From: Neocallimastix sp. 'constans'
Taxonomy: Eukaryota
NCBI GenBank assembly: GCA_050613775.1
Contig: JBODTK010000102.1
Location: 310,001 to 374,000, forward strand
DNA: 64,000 bases
Direction: 5' to 3'
The translations under genes and the position numbers were made by a program. Positions within the stretch are counted from its first letter, which is position 1. Each line of letters begins with the position of its first letter. Below, one piece after another: positions 41,057 to 54,480 of this stretch. The notes beneath the pieces are model-generated. The model worked only from the letters and a program-made list of their open reading frames with translations, made no database searches and was not told where the DNA came from.

Positions 41057-42481
41057 TTATATTATATTATTTAAATTAGTTAAACAATCAAACCACAAAT
41101 TAATAATTTTATTTCTATCACATTTAGCATCAATTAACTTGGCTTCAATACTTTTGAAGCGTTCAATTAAGACACTGATTTCATTAGCTTTATTTATTGC
41201 TCTTTTTTTTATTTTCCAAATTCCTCTTATTTTTCTTTGATAATCATAATATGATAAATGTTCAAGTTCATTTAATTTATCTATTAATTCATAAAAAGAT
41301 GGTTTTGTTGGAAATAAATTATTTAAATAATTATTGAGTGATTCTGAGGCATTGTTTGTTATATGTTCTATATTATTATAATAATTCCAAATTTTCATAT
41401 CATAATCAATTAAATATGTTTTATAAAAATATTCTAAAAATTTTAAAAATTGACAATAATTATTTTTAATGGATTTAATTTTAATTATAACATAAATATC
41501 AAATATATATTCAGGATTTATAAATGGTAAATTTGAAATAGCTTTATAATAAATAAATATATTATTATTATTTTTTACTTCATTATAGCATAATTTATTT
41601 TTTTTAATTTCTAGTGATTTTTTATAATGCCAAATGCAATATTTAATATTTGTATTAGGAAATATTGTTTTTGCTGCTTTAGATATGGCCCTTTCAAAAT
41701 CACAATGCAAATTTTTTGGTTCAATTCTAATATTATTGTTACATGTATTAGCATTTTCTTTCAATTTTTCAAATAACATTTTATATGTTTCTTGTTCTTT
41801 ATTTTTTAATATTGCAAAAGAAGTAGTGTAAAAACTATCTAATTCTTTAGCATAAGTTCTTGTAATAAATACTTGATAACTAAATTTAGGGGCAATAAAA
41901 AATGTACCATCAACAAATATATCATCATTATATTCCCTAAATAATTTTGCTTGAAAAGGGGATTGAAAAATTATTAAATTAGAATTTTTGAATATCATAA
42001 AATTTTCACCTCGCTTTGTTTTATAATATTCAGATTCACTTGGAATTTCAGCAAATGTTGTTACATTGGATGGTAGTTTTTTATTTAAATTTCTTGATAT
42101 TTGGGATCTAATTGAATTATATTCTGGACATATAAGTCCCATTTCTTTAGAAATTTTATTATATAGGGGTTTTATTTTTATACCAAAAGGAATTGAACTT
42201 TTTTCAATTCCATCTTTAATTTTATGTTTCATTATAGATAGGGATACATCGTATTCATTTTCAGGATGATTATGTGAACTATTATACTTTAAAATTTCTT
42301 TCTTATCATTTAAAATAATAAAAGATTTACATTTATTTATTTTTTTATATTCTGTACATTTATACACTTTGGAATTATCTTTTCTTTTATATGAAAAATT
42401 AAATTTATATTTTTTATTAATAATAATTTGTTCTTTTCCTTTGTTGGATTCACTTATATCAATAATTAAATTTTCTTCCAT
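41057..42481 (-). CDS. MULE DDE transposase, 474 aa
   Basis: N-terminal C-C-H-H zinc finger (YKC...KCKS...HNH), VDGTF, HCDFERAI, CIWH, TNNASES. Confidence 0.93.
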   Translation of the reverse strand: MEENLIIDISESNKGKEQIIINKKYKFNFSYKRKDNSKVYKCTEYKKINKCKSFIILNDKKEILKYNSSHNHPENEYDVSLSIMKHKIKDGIEKSSIPFGIKIKPLYNKISKEMGLICPEYNSIRSQISRNLNKKLPSNVTTFAEIPSESEYYKTKRGENFMIFKNSNLIIFQSPFQAKLFREYNDDIFVDGTFFIAPKFSYQVFITRTYAKELDSFYTTSFAILKNKEQETYKMLFEKLKENANTCNNNIRIEPKNLHCDFERAISKAAKTIFPNTNIKYCIWHYKKSLEIKKNKLCYNEVKNNNNIFIYYKAISNLPFINPEYIFDIYVIIKIKSIKNNYCQFLKFLEYFYKTYLIDYDMKIWNYYNNIEHITNNASESLNNYLNNLFPTKPSFYELIDKLNELEHLSYYDYQRKIRGIWKIKKRAINKANEISVLIERFKSIEAKLIDAKCDRNKIINLWFDCLTNLNNII

Positions 42482-42929
42482 TTCTATATTTTTATAAATA
42501 TTTTTTAATTATATAATTATAATTATTATATTAATTGTCCAATATTATTCGTAATATTAATTTTGAAAAATTAGTTTTTCAATTATTTGTAAAATAAATA
42601 AATAAATAAATAAAGAATGTAATAATATAAGTACAAGTATATAAAATAAAATAAATATTAAATGTAATATTATAAAAGTACAAGTATATATAATAAAATA
42701 AATATTTATTATTTTTTTTTATTAAAGAATATTAGAGACAATTTATTTTTAAAAATAAAATGTTTTATTTAATTATATATGTTAGAAAGCAAAAAATCAT
42801 TTATATTTGATGAGATTATTAACTACCAATAATATTAAACTACATCATTAATTGAATATAATAAAAATGTAAAAAATTTTCATTTCGAAAACATTGATCT
42901 TTAATATTCTTTAATAAAAATTAATAATA

Positions 42930-44215
42930 GATATTTATTTTATTTAATTTTATTTTATTTTATTTTATTCAATCTGTACTTTATTTTTAATATTCTACTA
43001 TTTATTTTATTTTATTTTATTTTTATTAATACTTTATTCTTTTATATTACTTCATTATTTATTTTATTTTATTTTATTTTATTTTATTTTTATTAATACT
43101 TTATTCTTTTATATTACTTCATTATTTATTTTATTTTATTTTATTTTATTTTTATTAATACTTTATTCTTTTATATTACTTCATTATTTATTTTATTTTA
43201 TTTTATTTTATTTTATTTTATTTTATTTTATTTTATTCAATCTGTAATTTATATTCACATTCTACTATTTATTTTATTTTATTTTATTCAATCTGTAATT
43301 TATATTCACATTCTACTATTTATTTTATTTTATTTTATTAAATACGTACTTTATATTCATATTCTACTATTTATTTTATTTTATTTTATTCAATCTGTAC
43401 TTTATATTTAATATTCTACTATTTATTTTATTTTATTTTATTTTATTTTATTTTTATTAATACTTTATTCTTTTATATTACTTCACTATTCATTTTATTT
43501 TATTTAATTTTATTTTATTTTATTTTATTTTATTTATTTTATTTTATTTTATTTTATTTATTTTATTTTATTTTATTTTATTCAATCTGTACTTTATATT
43601 TAATATTCTACTATTTATTTTATTTTATTTTATTTTATTTATTTTATTTTATTTTATTTTATTCAATCTGTACTTTATATTTAATATTCTACTATTTATT
43701 TTATTTTATTTTATTTTATTTTATTTTATTTTATTTTATTTTTATTTTATTTTATTTTATTTTTATTAATACTTTATTCTTTTATATTACTTCATTATTT
43801 ATTTTATTTTATTTTATTTTATTTTATTTTATTTTTATTAATACTTTATTCTTTTATATTACTTCATTATTTTTTTTATTTTATTTTATTTTATTTTATT
43901 TTATTTTATTTTATTTTATTTTATTTTATTTTATTTTATTTTATTTTATTTTATTTTATTCAATCTGTACTTTATATTTAATATTCTACTATTTATTTTA
44001 TTTTATTTTATTTTATTTTATTTTATTTTATTCAATCTGTACTTTATATTCACATTCTACTATTTATTTTATTTTATTTTATTCAATCTGTAATTTATAT
44101 TCACATTCTACTATTTATTTTATTTTATTTTATATTATTTTATTTTATTCAATCTGTACTTTATATTCATATTCTACTATTTATTTTATTTTATTTTATT
44201 TTATATATTTTTATT
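42930..44215. repeat. Compound (TTTTA)n minisatellite inside MULE2, upstream of the transposase
   Basis: (TTTTA)n runs alternating with the units caatctgtactttatattyaYattctacta and taatactttattctttttatattacttca. Confidence 0.9.
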
Positions 44216-45649
44216 ATTATATTCTTTATTTATTTATCTATTTATTTATTAATTTATACATTTATTTATTTTAAAATTAATTGTATTATAATTTTTTATG
44301 GCGTTAACAAAAAATTTTACAAGCCATTAAAAATAAATGGCGTATTGAAAATTTGTATTTTAAAAATTGGCGAAATGAACCACATTCCATTTTATAAATC
44401 ATATGATAATTAATCAAGTGATTAATTGATTTATTTTTATTTGATTATTAATAAAATAATTTATTAATAATTAAAGTTTTTATTTTCATTTTATATCAGA
44501 TATTTATAAATGATTTAAAAAAAATAACTATATATATATAGTTATATAAAAATCTAAAAATTAATTATTTTTTTTATAAAAGAAATAGTTATAAATAATA
44601 AAGTTTAAAAAACAAAAAAAAAAATTATATTAATATATAGTTATATATAGAATTATTTTTAAAACAATTCCTTTTTTTAAATATTTAATATTTATTTATT
44701 TAAAAAATTTATTTTTCAATTAATAAATATTTATTATTATTATTACTATTAAAATTTATTATTATTATAATTAATATTATACTTTATTGATTCAATAATC
44801 AAAGTTTAGAAAAAGTTATTGTAAAATTATGAATTTTTTATTTATTATTATATTATATCAAATTTATTATTTTATTATTTTATTATTTATTTATCTATTT
44901 ATTAAAATTTGGAGAAATAAAATCATTCCATAATGAAAATTTTCCGAAAATACTTTAAATACTTTTTTCTAAAATTTTTTTTTTTAAATTTATTTTTTAT
45001 TATATTTTTTTTTATTATTAATTTTTATTTAATTATTTATTTAAATTATATATTTGACTTATATGATTTTTTATTAATTAATTTAATTATTTATAAACTA
45101 TTCAAAAAGTTTTTAAAAATTATTTTGTGAAGATACATTTCGAAAAATTTTAATAAATAGAAAAATAAATAATAAAATAAATAAATAAAAAATTTATTAT
45201 AATATAATATTAAATAATAAAATATTAATTTATTTAATAGATATTTTTTATTTTATATTTTTATTTGTTTAATAAAAAAATATTTATTAAATTTAAAATA
45301 ATTTATCTTTACATAGATTATTTGAATCAATAAATAAAAATAATAATTATAATAATAATAAAATTGAATAATAATAATAACAATTAAGTATTTTCTTTTT
45401 ATTTATTAATTATATAATTATTTATATATCGTATTTTTAAAATATATAAATATATATTTTTTTAATAGATTATTTATAATTATTTCTTTTATTAAAAATA
45501 TTTAATTAAAACATTTTAATATTTAATAAATATTAATAAAGTATAAGATTTTATAAAATATTGTATATGAATTTAAAAAGGGTAAAAATGACAATTAATC
45601 ATTTAAGTTTTATTTTTTAATTTTTAATAATTATATTTTATATAATTAT

Positions 45650-45920
45650 TGTGAAAAACAAATTTATAAATCTAAGACAAACACTGTATTAATAAAAACA
45701 ATATAACAAAGTATTTTATGTTAGGAGTAATATTATAAAATGTTTATTAATAATTTTTATTATAAGGATATATATATATTTTTTTTAGTGATATTTTATA
45801 TTAAATTTATTTCATATTTTTATATCTTAGTTAACATTATTTAATTTACTTAGAGATTAATTATTGGTTAATATAAATTAATAATATAAATAAATGTATG
45901 TAACGATTTCGTCTCTAACA
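45650..45920 (-). mobile_element. Solo LTR of the element-G family, TSD ATTAT
   Basis: Reverse complement of 11669-11938; TG...CA; ATTAT at 45645-45649 and 45921-45925. Confidence 0.93.
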
Positions 45921-48499
45921 ATTATCCTTCACATTTTTTAAATAATTAATATTTACTTTTTATATATAAAATATCTATAATTATTATTTAATTATATCTA
46001 TATAATGAAATATTATAAGGTGTTTAAAATTTGTGATAAAATATTTTATTTTTAGTGTTCTAATTATAATATATATTTATTATATATTTATACAATTTGA
46101 TATATATATTTTTTTTAAATAAAAATTTAAATTTAAATTTATTTATTTATTATTTATTTATTTATTTTATTTATTTATTTATTTATTTTTTATTTAGTTA
46201 TTAAATTAAATTATATAAATTATTTATTTGTTCTATTATTAAATTATTTATTTATTAACATTTTTAAAAAATTTTACTGAAATGCTTCACTCTAGTTTGT
46301 TAATATATATATATAAATTATTCATATTTTAAAGTATTAGTTTATATTAAACATAAATTTATATAATATTAAAAACTTTAATAATTATATTATCTAAAAT
46401 ATTAGAATAATTTAATTAGTAATTTTTTTTATAATAATTATATTAGAATAATTTTTTATTACTCACGTGATCGAAAATAATGTGATATTCTTTATGTTGA
46501 GGCTGGTTTAATAAGTGAATTTGAGCTATTAATAATTTTTATTAATATTTTATTATTTTATAATTACAATATTATTTGAAGTAAAAAAAAACAATAATTA
46601 ATATTAATTATACAGTAAAATATATTAATTATGTATACTTATTATAATTAAATAAAGTAAATAAAAATATAATAATATATATTTTAATATGAATAATATA
46701 TAAATAATATAAACTAATATATTAATTAAATAAACCTTAATAATTATAGGCTTTAATAATTTATGTTAAAATCTTATAATTACCTTTTTAATTAAACTTC
46801 ATTAATAAATAAACTTTTCAATAAAATCAAATTATATTAATTAATAACAAATTAATATAAGAATAAATTATAAATTTGAAGCATTTCTTTTTTTTAATAT
46901 TTAATATTTAAATATTAAATATTAAATAATTAAATTTATAATAATAATAAATTTTAATAATTATTTTTATTATTAAATTTTATTATTATTAAAATTATTT
47001 TTATTAATTAATTCAATAATTTATGAAAAGAAAAGTATTCTAAATTATTCTAAATTATTTTTTTTATTAAATAAAAATATTATATAATAAAAAAATATTT
47101 ATTTAATTTTTTATTAAATATTTATTTTTATTTACTTATATATTATTATATAAATAAATAAATAAATTTAAAAATTTTTTTTTTAAAAAAAATTATATAT
47201 AATATATATAATATATTATATATATAATAAAAATAAATATATAAATTAAAATTTTATCATTAAAATATAAATAGTTTATTAAATTTTTTATAATATTTTA
47301 AAATATATATATTTAATAATTATATATATATAAAATATTAAGTATTAAAAATTTAAAAAATATAAAAAATAATAATTTAAAATATAATTATTAAAATTAA
47401 AAAATAATATATAAATAATAATTTTATAATTTATATACCTTTTAAAATTCTTGCGAAGTATTTTAAAAAATATAAAACTTTAATAAAAATGAGTTAATAT
47501 TAAATAAATATTGTAAATTAATTATATATTTGTATATAATTAAAAAAAATAAAAATGAAAAAAAAATTTTTAATATAAATTATATAAAAGTTTTTTAAAT
47601 AAATTTAATTTTTTAATTTTTAATTTTTAATTTTTAATATTTAATATTTATAATTTTACTTTATAATTAATTAATAATAAATTTTTAATAAAATTACTAA
47701 ATTTTATTAATAATGCAATTATTATATTTATAATATATATTCTATGAAAAGAAAAATATTTCTAAAATTTTTAAGATTTATTTTTATCCAATAAATAAAT
47801 TATTATAAAAAAATTATATATTTAATTATTTATTATTTATTATTTTTATTTTTTATTTAAATATATATAATTATACGTCTATTTAAAATTTTTTTATTTT
47901 TTTAAGCATAACGTTAAGTTTCCATAGTACTTGTGCTTTTGTTGAATTAATTATATTATAAATTATTTATGATTGTAAAATAGTATAATAAAAATAAATA
48001 ATTTAAACTTATAATATAATAAAATAAGTTTATAAATAATAATCATTTAAATTAATTAAAATTTAGAATATAAATAATTTGATAAGTAAATTAAAAAATC
48101 ATTTAAAACAATTAAAATAACAATTTAAACAAAGTAAAAAGTTTTTCTTTAATTATGCCTCCGAAAACGCATTTTTAAATATAATTTTAATTTCAATAAT
48201 TACTATTTTTTTTTAATTCAAAAATATAAATATTCCGCTAAAAAATTGTTAAAGTGTTAAATTAACAATTTCTATTTTTCATTTTTTATTTTTCAATATT
48301 CATTTTATTTAAATTTTTTTTATTTTCTATTTTTTCTTATTTATAAATAGTAATTATTTCAACAGTCATGGTATATTTTTTTTAAAATAAACAAAAATAA
48401 AATTTTATTTAATTTCTGAAAATTTTTAATTTATAAAACAAATTTTAAATTAAATTTCTTTTAATTTTTAGTACAATTGACGTTGCTAATGTTTTCTTT

Positions 48500-50360
48500 A
48501 TAAATTTATCAAATTATAAAAATCAAAAAAATTCAAACTAAGACTGGTAAATCTAAAGCATCCACTAGAAGTACTACTAAAGACATCAAAGATAACATGA
48601 AAACTGATACAGCCCTACAGACGACTAAGTTCAACAATTTAAAAAAGATGAGTGAAAATTTAACTACCTCTTTAGAAACAATAACTACACTAGAAAAGTA
48701 GATTCCCAATGAATCTCTTTAGAAGAGAGATTCATTACTTTTGGAAAAGCAGTTAAGCAAAAACTTAAAGAAGATTTTAGGAACTTGGAGAATATGGAAA
48801 ACCAAAGTTCGGAAATCATTGAAGATGATAAAGAACCAATAGTTATTCATATAAAAAACCACTTAAAAAATAGCTAGATTCCAAAAACCTCAAGAGATGC
48901 TAGTTATGAGAGATATTATTACCCCTCAACTGGAACCGCCTTTTTACTTCAATTGTGAAACCCTTGAAATATATACCTTAATTAATAGATGTAAATCGCA
49001 TTCCTACCTATACTAAAGTAAATATCTTCATAATGAACAATCAAAGGTATACTACTTATTGCTTACAAAGAAGTGGTGCTTTTGCGTTAACAAGTAACAC
49101 AGAAGGAAACCCAAGAAACACTTCCCGATATAACGAAACTCTTTCAAGAAATTATTATTAACTTTCAGTTAGAAGAAGAAAAGTAACTTATGAAATCTAA
49201 ACTCCTAAAATTAAAGAATGAATGGAGAAAAACTATATAATTACCGAGTCAAATTAAATCGACTAACCCTAACCCGTCTAAAAAGGAATTTATGAATTTA
49301 GAAGTTGTCAAACCAGATAAAGTCACCCTGAAGGAATTCACTCGCCATCTAATCAGGTGTGACATCAACCGGATGAACTGTTCCCCAAAAGACTAGAAAA
49401 GAGAGAGACCAGCTTCAATTACTGGGTTATTGTTATTGTTACGGCCTTATTAGGAATTTATTATATGAAATTTATAATTAATGTAAGTAATAAAGAAATA
49501 GTTGAAGATGCTAAAAAAGAATAATAAAAGAAAACACAAGAAATATTTTTTTACAATGAAAAACACAAAGCAGAAACTCCAGAATTGAAATAACCCCTTT
49601 TCCTAATTTATTTTGTTTTCGGATTTTTACCTACTATAAAAATCTCTTACCTACCATAATGTCGTTTCAAGATGTTTCTCAGTTAACCAGAGAAGTACAA
49701 GGAAATTTTGTTTATCTAGATGAAACATTCATCAACCCTACGGATCCAACAATGTTTAATAATTACATCGAATAAGGCATTAGGGAACAAGCCAACCCTA
49801 ACTACTATAATTGATTATTTAAATATAAATATTCCTCTTGATGCTAAGAATTTATAAAATAAAGAAGACAAATTATTCGCGTTCTCTAATCGTTTTAACA
49901 TAACTAATCGCTTTGGTCATATCATACTTCTAGGACAATAATTCCTAGAAAAACAAAAGATCTATGGGAGTTTCAATGATAAATGAAAACATAAAAGATA
50001 GTCCTTTCGATGGAGTATAACCTAAATTACCCTACGTAAACTTGCCAAATATATATCTATATTAACGAAGAATTAAATTTTAAAAGATTATTACTCATTT
50101 ATGGATTATATGAGTTAATTACTAAATAGATAATAAATTTATTGTAAAAAGATATCTACAACCCTCCGGAAATTCCCTATGAAAAACCTTTGGTATGTTA
50201 AAGTCATTCTCAGCCGGAACAACTACTTTACGGAAAATCATTAAGTATTTTTTTAACTAGCAATAATCCTTCTAAGCAACAACTATTTATAAACACAGAA
50301 TGAAAAGCTTCCAGCATAGTTGCATCATTAGTGCTACTGTAGTAAAGGAATAATTCTTCC
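48500..50360 (+). pseudogene. Decayed Ty3/gypsy gag-protease region
   Basis: 49915-50260 aligns with 15255-15610 of the gypsy remnant (ctaggacaa...agaaaa, aacgaagaattaaa, acccty...aa.tcccta); upstream GC-richer stretch assumed to be gag. Confidence 0.65.
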
Positions 50361-53300
50361 AGAAAACTCGAGGCAGTCTATTCAAAAAATAGTATAGAAA
50401 TATTATTAAATCTAGTTATTTGATTCCTCCATTCACAACTTTTTTTCTTTTTTGGATATAAATTATTCTATAATATAATAGTTGTTTTCTTTATAATTGA
50501 ATTTATTTACAACGTAAGTTTGTACAATTAGGTAATTTAAAAAAGATTTAGAATTAACAAATTTTATTAATTTTTTTAAAAATAAAATATTTCTTATATT
50601 AAAGTTATTCATTACATTTTCAAGAGTTAAGAAATTTAATTATTTCGATTGGATAAATTACCGTAGGGATTGTGATAAGTTATGAAATTTAATTAGTATC
50701 CATAGGGTTGTCATTTTCAATAAGATTATTCGCTAGTGAAAAATAGAATATAAATTCTTATATGGTGTAATAAAAAAATTTAATCAGAAATTAATACGCT
50801 ATGTATAAATTCCCATAACTTTAAAGACTACATAGTGACGAGTTCCAATCTGTAAAATGGAATTATATTGAAGATACTTAGCTACATAAAGACTAATAAA
50901 ATAATATTTTAATGTATAAATTTATGTTAAAAGCATAAATTTATGTATACTTAAAATTATAATTATATTAATAAATTATGTAATAAATATTTTTAAAAAT
51001 TTTTAATAAAATAAAAATTTATAAATAATATAGTTAAAAAAAAAAATATTAATATATAATTAAAAATCTTATTTAAAATTTTTTCATTCAATATTTAAAT
51101 AATAAATTTTTTATATTCAATTAATAAATAATATTATTTATTATTATTTAATTTTGATGTTATAACTATTTTTATTTATTGATTCAATAATATATGAAAA
51201 GAAAAATAATTCTAAAATTAATAATTATAATTTTTATACTACTTAAAATTATAATAAAATAATAAATTTTTATTTAATTTTTTATTAACTATTTATTTTT
51301 ATTTACTTATATATTATTATATATTTATTATTTATAATTTTTTAATTTTCTTAAATGTTATTATAAATTTATTATTTTTTAATTTTTTTATTTATTCATT
51401 TATTTTTTTTAAATTTATTTATTTATTATAGTCTCATTTTGAAAGTTTTAATAAATAGATAAATAAATAATAAAATAAAAAAATAATAAATTTATTACAA
51501 AATTTATGAAAATACAAAGTTTAAAAATGATAAATAATAATTAAATATTTTTTATTTTTTATATATTTATTTATAAAAAAAATAATTATTAATTTTAGAT
51601 TAAGGAATTAATAAATAAAAATAAAAATTATATTAAAATTTAATTATAATAATAAACTTATGATAAAATATTTTATTTTAATTTTTTTTTATTTGTTTTT
51701 ATTTTTCTTTTATTTTGCTTAATTTTTTTTTTAATTTTTTTTATTTTTAAATTGGGTATTATTATTTATTATTTAATTATTTATTTATTATTATTTCTAA
51801 ATAAATATTCTTTTATTATTTTTTTTATTTATTATTAATTATTAAATTTTTATTATTTTTTATTATTTATTATTTATTGATAAATTCTTTTTTAATATTA
51901 TATATTATTCAATTATTATATTATTATATATTATTTATTATTTGTTAGAAACAAAACTGTATATTTATATAAACTTATATAAAAATTTATTTATATATAC
52001 TATATATTTTTTTAAAAAAAAAATATTTTTAAATTATTTATTTAATTATTTATTTAAATTATATAAATTATTTATTTGTTTTAATATTAATTTATATATA
52101 TATTAAAATTTTAAAAAAATTCGGCAAAATGTGGCGTTCTTAAATAAAATTTATATAGATAATAAATTTATGTTAATTATTTATATTTTAAAGTATAATT
52201 TTATGTTAAAAATCATAAATTTATGTAATAATAATAAATAAAAAATTTACTAGTATTAACATATATTAATGTATTTAATGAATAAAATTTTGATACTAAA
52301 AATTAAAATTATTTTATTTTTCATAATTATTCAATATTAGTATATTTAATTTATTATTATAAATGTTTGTGTATAAAAATAAATTAAATATATCTTTTAC
52401 AATTTTTATTTACACAAAAAAATATATTTTATTTTATATTATTTTATTTCATTTTATTAAATCTGTACTTTATATTCATATTCTATTTTATTTTATTCTA
52501 AATTACTTTATTTATTTAATTTTGTTATATTTTATTTAATCTATACTTTTATTTAGAATAAAAATTGTTTATTATTTTTTCATTATCAATACTTTAATAA
52601 ATATATAATTATATTTTTATCAGTAATTTATAAATAATAAAGCAATTATATAAATATTATATATTTTAAATATTAAGATATTTTTTTATTTATTTTTTAA
52701 TGATATATTTAGGAATATTTAAAAAAAGAATTAAATAAAATAAATAAACCAAAATATATAATAGAATATTTAATTAAAGTACAGATTGAATAAAATAAAT
52801 TAAAATAAATAGTGGAATATTAAAGAAGAGAAGTACAAATTGAATGTGATAAAATAAAATAAAAATAATATAATAAGAATTAAAAAGAAATTAATTATAT
52901 TTTTTTATGATATATTTCTTTTTATTTAAAAAAAATACTTTAATGATAAAAATAGATATTATAAAATGGAATAAATAGTATTAGTGCAAAATAAAGAAAG
53001 TATGAAATAAATTGAAAAATAATTCATAAAAAAAATTACTGTTAAATAAAAATTAAAAAGCGGTAGAAAAAAAATGTAAATATTAATTAAAATAAAATAA
53101 TAAAAATAATTTTAAGAAATTGTTTTATATAATTTATTATAATTTAATTTTGAAAAAAGAGAAATTAAGTAAAAGAGATTTTTTTACATTTAGAAAGCAA
53201 ATAAAATTAAATTTTGAAGTATCAAAAACAAAAATGAATGAAACTATTACATAATATGAATCAATTAAATTAAAAAAAAAATAATAAAACAAAAAAAATA

Positions 53301-54249
53301 AAAGAGATTAAAAATGAGAACCTAAATAATAAAAATATATATAATAAAAAATTAAATAAATCATAATTTAATATACGTAAAATAAATTAAATAAAAAATA
53401 AAAGCCTAAGAGAAAAAAATGAAACTAAAAAATTTTTTTTAATTATACTTAATACGAATAAATAGTTTATATCAAACGTTTATTAATAATTAATTAGAAT
53501 TTATATTTATTATTATTGTTTAAAATTTATTTTATTTTACTTTTTTCATTTAGTTTTTATTTTTATTTGTGAAATTATCATTTATTCTTTATCTAAAAAT
53601 TTTAATAGTATTATTTTTTTATTATATTTAAATATTATCATATTTCTGGAATAAATTTATTTAAATTTTGTTTTATTTCAAAAATATTTTTCTTTAGATT
53701 TCATTTTATTTATTTTCTATTACCTGTTCCTTATTTCTAATATTTTATTTTTTTACTTTTTATTTTTTATTTAAAATTACTATTTTTTTTTTTTAATTTT
53801 TTATTTTTATTAAATAATTTTTGATTTATATACTTTATATAATATTTATATTTCTATTTTTCTTATTTCTTATCTCCTATTTTTTATTCCTTTTTTTTTA
53901 CTTTTTATTTTTTATTTTTTTTTTAAAATTTACAATTACTTATTTATTATTAAACTTCAATAATTAGTTACATATTATTATTTATTTATTTTTTTTTATT
54001 TTATTTAAATTTATTTTTTTTATTATTTTATTTATTTTATTTTATTTTGTTTTATTTTGTTTTGTTTTATTTTGTTTTTTTTTTTTTTTTTATTTTATTT
54101 TTTGTTTATTTATTTTTTTTTTCTATTTTTCTTAATTCTTTTTTTTTTATTATTTTTTTTTTATTTTTATTTTTATTTTATTTTATTTTATTTTATTTAT
54201 TTTTAAATTAGTCATTATTATTTATTATATTAATATTTATTAATAAATA

Positions 54250-54480
54250 CTCTATTTATTATTTATTATTATTTATTATTTATTATTCAATTATTTATTA
54301 TTTATTATTCAATTATTTATTATTTATTATTCAATTATTTATTATTTATTATTTATTTATTATTTATTATTTATTATTTATTATTTATTATTTATTATTT
54401 ATTATTTATTATTTATTATTTATTATTTATTATTTATTTTTATTATTTATTATTTATAATTTATTATTTATTATTTATTT
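54250..54480. repeat. (TTATTTA)n microsatellite
   Basis: Direct inspection; related tracts at ~57040-57370 and on the opposite strand at ~61700-62170. Confidence 0.85.

Larger units (their letters stand above)
40144..44387 (-). mobile_element. Mutator-like DNA transposon (MULE2) with intact transposase ORF, 9-bp TSD CATTTTATA
   Basis: Ends GGGGAAGTTGCATTACGCCAATTTTT / AAAAATTGGCGAAATGAACCACATTC; TSD at 40135-40143 and 44388-44396. Confidence 0.9.

Noticed and set aside
49263..49275. CTAACCCTAACCC telomere-like motif
   Set aside because: Only two units inside a decayed gypsy coding region, with no evidence of a junction
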